Source: the human T2T-CHM13v2.0 reference genome, Homo sapiens. Taken from it: a stretch of DNA of 64,000 nucleotides. Position numbers and translations under genes: made by a program. Below the pieces are notes generated by a model. That model was not told where the DNA came from. It did not search any database and saw only the letters and a program-made list of their open reading frames with translations. The DNA lies in assembly GCF_009914755.1 (NCBI RefSeq), contig NC_060933.1. The stretch is one strand, 5' to 3'. Below are positions 58,301-64,000 of the stretch, piece by piece (the first letter of the stretch is position 1; each line of letters begins with the position of its first letter).

Positions 58301-58950
58301 GGGAATGGAGTGGAATGGAATGCAATGGAATGGAATCATCCGGAATGGAATGGAATGGAATGGAATGCAAAGCAATGGAATCAACTCGATTGCAATGGAA
58401 TGGAATGGAATGGAAAGGAATACATTGGAATCAACCCGAGTGGAATGGAATGGAAAGGACTGGAATGGAGTGGAATGGAATGGAATGGAATGGAATGGAA
58501 TCAACTCGACTGGAATGGAATGGAATGGAATGGAATGGAATGGAATTAACCCGAATAAAATGGAATGGAATGGAATGGAACGGAACGGAACGGAACGGAA
58601 TGGAATGGAATGGAATGGAATGGAATGGAATGGAATGGAATGGAATGGAATCAACCCGACTGCAGGGGAATAGAATGGAATGGAATGGAATGCAATGGAA
58701 TGGATTCAACTTGAATGGAATGGAAGGAATGGAATCAACACGAGTGGAAAGGCATGGATTGGAATGGAATGGAATGGAATGAACCCGAGTACAGGGGAAT
58801 GGAATAGAATGGAATGCAATGGAATGGAATCATCCGTAATGGAATGGAAAGGAATGGAATGGAATGGAATGGAATGGAATCAACTCGATTGCAATCGAAT
58901 GGAATGGAATGGAATTAACCCGAATAGAATGGAATGGAATGGAATGGAAC
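43377..58950 (+). repeat. Higher-order repeat copy 3 (~15.4 kb)
   Basis: Collinear; lacks the 799 bp segment and has a further 165 bp deletion near 53,870 (offset to copy 2 changes from 15601 to 15436). Periodicity ends near 58,950 (ORF 58680 diverges from ORF 43239). Confidence 0.93.
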
Positions 58951-61900
58951 GGAATGGAACGGAATGGAATGGAATGGAACGGAAAGGAATGGAATGGAAT
59001 GGAATGGAATGGTATGGAATGGAATGGAATCAACGCGAGTGCAGGGGAATGGAATGGAATGGAATGCAATGGAATGGAATGGAATGGAATGGAATGGAAT
59101 CAACTCGATTGCAATCCAATGGAATGGAATGGAAATAACCCGAATAGAATGGATTTGGAATGGAATGGAACGGAACGGAACGCAACGGAATGGAATGGAA
59201 TGGAATGGAATGGAATGGAACGGAAAGGAATGGAATGGAATGGAATCTAATGGAATGGAATGGAATGCACTGGAATCAACGCGAGTGCAGGGGAATGGAA
59301 TGGAATGGAATGCAATGGAATGGAATCTTACGGAATGGAATGGAATGGAATGGAATGGAATGGAATGGAATCAACCCGAGTGCAATGGAATGGAGTGAAA
59401 TGGAATGGAATGGAACAACCCGAATGGAATGGAAAGTAACGGAGAGTAAGGGAGTTGAATAGAATCAATCCGAATGTAATGGAATGGAATGGAACAGAAT
59501 GCAATTGAATGGATTGGAACGGAATGCAATGGAATGGAATCAACCCGAGTGCAATGGAATGGAGAGGAATGGAATGGAATGGAATGGAAACTACCCGAAT
59601 GAAATGGAATGGAATGTAGTGTAACGGAATTGAATAGAATCAATCCGAATGTAATGGAATGGAATGGAACGGAATGGAATGGAATGGAATGGAATGGAAT
59701 TGAATGGAATGGAATGGAATGCAATGGAATGGAATCAACCCGAGTGCAATGGAATGGAGAGATATGGAATGGAATGGAATGGAAACTACCCGAATGGAAA
59801 GGAAAGTAATGGAGTGTAAGGGAATTGAATAGAATCAATCCGAATGTAATGGAATGGAATGTAACGGAATGGAATGGAATGGAATGCAATGGAATGGAGT
59901 CAACCCGAGTGCAATCGAATGGAATCGAATGGAATGGAATGCAATGGAATGGATTCAACTTGAATGGAATGGAAAGAATAGAATGAACACTAGTGGAATG
60001 GCATGGATTGGAATGGAATGGAATGGAATCAATCCGAGTACAGGGGAATGGAATGGAATGGAATGCAATGGAATGGAATAATCCGTAATGGAATGGAAAG
60101 GAATGGAATGGAATGGAATGGAATGGAATCAACTCGATTGCAATCGAATGGAATGGAATGGAATTAACCCGAATAGAATGGAATGGAATGGAATGGAACG
60201 GAACGGAATGGAATAGAATGGAATGGAAAGGAATGGAACGGAACGGAACGGAGTGGAATGGAATGGAATGGAATGGAATGGAATGGAATGCAATGGAATG
60301 GAATCAACCCGAGTGCAATCGAATGGAATCGAATGGAATGGAATGCAATGGAATGGATTCAACTTGAATGGAATGGAAAGAATGGAATCAACACGAGTGG
60401 AATGGCATGGATTGGAATGGAATGGAATGGAATCAACCCGAGTACAGGGGAATGGATTGGAATGGAATGCAATGGAATGGAATCATCCGTAATGGAATGG
60501 AAAGGAATGGAATGGAATGGAATGGAATGGAATGGAATGGAATGGAATGGAATGGAATCAACTCGATTGCAATCGAATGGAATGGAATGGAATTAACCCG
60601 AATAGAATGGAATGGAATGTAATGGAATGGAACGGAACGGAACGGAATGGAATGGAATGGAATGGAATGGAATCAACGCGAGTGCAGGGGAATGGAATGG
60701 AATGGAATGCAATGGAATGGAATCTTCCGGAATGGAATGGAATGGAATGGAATGGAATGGAATGGAATCAACTCGATTGCAATCGAATGGAATGGAATGG
60801 AATTAACCCGAAGAGAAAGGAATGGAATGGAATAGAACGGAACGTAATGGAATGGAATGGAATGGAATGGAATGGAACGGAACGGAATGGAATGGAATGG
60901 AATGGAATGGAATGGAATGGAATCAACGCGAGTGCAGGGGAATGGAATGGAATGGAATGCCATGGAATGGAATCTTCCGGAATGGAATGGAATGGAATGG
61001 AATGGAATGAAATGCAATGGGGTCAAATCGATTGCAATGGAATGGAATAGAATGGAATGGAATGGAATGGAATGGAATTAATTCGAATAGAATGGAATGG
61101 AATGGAATGCAATGGAATGGAACGGAATGGAATGGAATGGAATGGAATGCTATGGAATGGAATGGAATGCTACGGAATAGAATGGAATGGAACGAATTGT
61201 AAAGGAATGGAATTGAATGGAATGGAATGGAATGGAATGGAATGGAATCAACGCGAGTGCAGGGGAATGTAATGGAACGGAATGCAATGGAATGGAATCA
61301 TCCGCAATGGAATGGAATGGAATGGAATCAACCCGAGTGTAATGGAATGGAGTGGAATGGAATGGAATGGAATGGAACAACCCTAATGGAATGGAATGTA
61401 ATGGAGAGTAAGGGAGTTGAATAGAATCAATCCGAATGTAATGGAATGGAATGCAACGGAATGGAATGGAATGGAATGGAATGGAAAGGAATGCAATGGA
61501 ATTGAATCAACCCGAGTACAATGGAATGGAATGGAATGGAATGGAATGGAATGGAATGGAATGGAATGGAATGGAATCGTTCCGAATGGAATCGGAGGGA
61601 ATGTATTCGAGTGCAATGGAAAGGAATGGAATCAACCAGAGTGGAATGGAAGGGAATGGAATGGAATGGAAACTAATAGAATGGAATCAACCCGAGAGGA
61701 ATGGAATGGAAAGCACTGGAATGGAATGGAAAGGAATGGAATCAACTCGATTGTAATGGAATGGAATGGAATGGAATGGAATGGAATGGAATTAACCCGA
61801 ATACAATCCAATGGAATGGAATGGAACGGAATGGAGTGGAATGGAATGGAATCAACCGAAGTGCAGGGGAATGGAATGGAATGGAATGCAATGGAATGGA

Positions 61901-64000
61901 ATCATCCGGAATGGAATGGAATGGAATGGAATGCAAACAATGGAATCAACTCGATTGCAATGGAATGAAATGGAATGGAAAGGAATACATTGGAATCAAC
62001 CCGAGTGGAATGGAATGGAAAGCACTGGAATGGAGTGGAATGGAATGGAATGGAATGGATTGGAATCAACTCGATTGGAATGGAATGGAATGGAATGGAA
62101 TGGAATTAACCCGAATAGAATGGAATGGAATGGAATGGAAAGGAATGGAAGGGAATGGAATGGAATGTAATGAACCCGAGTGCAGGGGAATGGAATGGAA
62201 TTGAATGCAATGGAATGGAATTGAATGCAATGGAATGGAATCATCCGGAATGGAATGGAAGGGAATGGAATGGAATGGAATGGAATGGAATGATCCCGAT
62301 GCAATGGAATGGAATGGAATGGAATGGAATGGAATGGAAACATCCCGAATGGAATGGAATGCAATGGAATGGAATCAACCCGAGTGCAGGGGAATGGAAT
62401 GGAATGGAATGCAATGGAATGGAATCATCCGTAATGGAATGGAAAGGAATGGAATGGAATGGAATGGAATGGAATGGAATGGAATCAACTCGATGGCAAT
62501 CGAATGGAATGGAATGGAATTAACCCGAATAGAATGGAATGGAATAGAATGGAACGGAACGGAACGGAATGAAATGGAATGGAATGGAATGGAATGGAAT
62601 GGAATGGAATGGAACGGAAAGGAAGGGAATGGAATGGAATAGAATGGAATGGAATGGAATCAACGCGAGTGCAGGGGAATGGAATGGAATGGAATGCAAT
62701 GGAATGGAACAACCCGAATGGAATGGAATGAAATGGAGAGTAAGGGAGTTGAATAGAATCAATCCGAATGTAATGGAATGGAATGCAACGGAATGTAATG
62801 GAATGGAATGGAATGGAATGCAATGGAATGGAATCAACCCGAGTACAATGGAATGGAATGGAATGGAATGGAATGGAATGGAATGGAATGGAATGGAATG
62901 GATTGGAATACCTTCAAACCGAATGGAATGGAAAGGAATGGAATCAACACGAGTGGAATGGAATGGAATGGAATGGAATGGAATGGCAAGGAATGGAATG
63001 GAATGATATGGAATAGAATGGAATGGAACGAAATGGAATGGAATGGAATGGAATGGAATGGAATGGAATGGAATGGAATCGTTCCGAGTGGAATAGCAGG
63101 GAATGTATTCGAGTGGAATGGAAAGGAATGGAATCAACCAGAGTAGAATGGAAGGGAATGGAATGGAATGGAAACTAATAGAATGGAATCAACCCGAATG
63201 GAATGGAATGGAAAGGACTGGAATGGAAAGGAATGGAATGGAATGGAATGGAATGGAATGGAATGGAATGGAATGGAATGGAATCAACGCGAGTGCAGGG
63301 GAATGGAATGGAATGGAATGGAATGGAATGGAATGGAATGGAATGGAATGGAATCAACCTGAGTGCAGGGGAATGTAATGGAACGGAATGCAATGGAATG
63401 GAATCATCCGGAATGGAATGGAATGGAATGGAATGGAATGGAATGGAATGGAATCAACCCGAGTGCAATGGAATGGAGTGGAATGGAATGGAATGGAATG
63501 GAATGGAATGGAATGGAATGGAATGGAATGGAATGGAAACCCGAGTGCAGGGGAATGTAATGGAACGGAATGCAATGGAATGGAATCATCCGGAATGGAA
63601 TGGAATGGAATGGAATGGAATCAACCCGAGTGCAATGGAATGGAGTGGAATGGAATGGAATGGAATGGAACAACCCGAATGGAATGGAATGTAATGGAGA
63701 GTAAGGGAGTTGAATAGAATCAATCCGAATGTAAAGGAATGGAATGCAACGGAATGGAATTGAATGGAATGGAATGGAATGCAATGGATTGGAGTCAACC
63801 CGAGTGCAATGGAAAGGAGAGGAATGGAATGGAATGGAATGGAAACTACGCGAATGTAATGGAATGTAATGGAGTGTAAGGGAATTGAATAGAATCAATC
63901 CGAATGTAATGGAATGGAATGGAATGGAATGCAGTGGAATGGAATGGAATGGAATCAACCCGAGTGCAATGGAATGGAGTGAAATGGAATGGAATGGAAT
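58951..64000 (+). repeat. More diverged HSat3 tail without a long near-identical partner in the window
   Basis: Same module grammar but many private variants (GGATTTGG, CTTACGG, GAACACTAGT, GGGTCAAATCG, GATCCCGAT) and irregular phase shifts. Confidence 0.8.

Larger units (their letters stand above)
1..64000 (+). repeat. Human/primate Satellite III (HSat3) array, (GGAAT)n with CAACCCGAGT-type 10-bp interruptions; G-rich strand on +
   Basis: Seen: GGAAT pentamer throughout, with recurrent CAACCCGAGT, CAACTCGATT, CAACGCGAGT, TAACCCGAAT and CAATCCGAAT words. No non-satellite sequence and no strand switch. Established: (GGAAT)n plus CAACCCGA(G/A)T is the classical Satellite III signature. Confidence 0.98.

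Noticed and set aside
688-60460. CRISPR-like alternation of conserved words and spacers
   Set aside because: The intervening sequence is (GGAAT)n rather than unique spacers, the spacing is irregular, there are no cas genes, and the context is a eukaryotic satellite.
1-64000. Hundreds of ORFs encoding (MEWNG)n on + and (HSIPF)n on -
   Set aside because: A pure GGAAT pentamer has an ATG every 5 nt and no stop codon in any frame, so overlapping ORFs arise in all six frames. Pentamer indels shift frames freely between HOR copies, and there is no domain-like sequence.
1-64000. Alpha satellite/CENP-B boxes, telomeric repeats, HSat2, (GGAA)n EWS-FLI1 microsatellite, Alu/L1 insertions, strand inversions
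   Set aside because: None seen: no 171 bp monomer, no TTAGGG arrays, no dense HSat2-type CATTCGATTC periodicity, the period is 5 rather than 4, and no poly-A or non-satellite segment is present.
1-64000. A novel protein-coding or mobile biological system
   Set aside because: Nothing in the sequence supports one. The notable content is the satellite architecture and the embedded transcription-factor motifs.

Overview
The whole 64 kb window is one uninterrupted, single-orientation array of primate classical Satellite III (HSat3). It consists of (GGAAT)n pentamers punctuated by 10-15 bp 'words' of the CAACCCGAGT type. The vocabulary, including a ~160 bp module resembling my recollection of the pHuR98 probe, points to the human 9q12 HSat3B-type array that forms HSF1 nuclear stress bodies; this assignment is inference and was not verified. 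I found no genes, RNA genes, transposons or CRISPR arrays. All listed ORFs (MEWNG.../HSIPF...) are translation artefacts of the pentamer. The hidden structure is hierarchical: 5 bp pentamer, then a fixed-order module grammar, then ~0.86 kb and ~1.7-1.8 kb units, then a near-perfect 4.37 kb tandem duplication (~1,025-10,024) and a three-copy 16.4/15.6/15.4 kb higher-order repeat (~11,345-58,950). The middle copy of that repeat looks like an unequal-crossover hybrid of the outer two. A more diverged tail follows. About 40 inverted pentamers sit exactly in register and create perfect heat-shock elements (gGAAt-cTTCc-gGAAt). All coordinates and counts were made by eye and from ORF-track offsets, so they are approximate.
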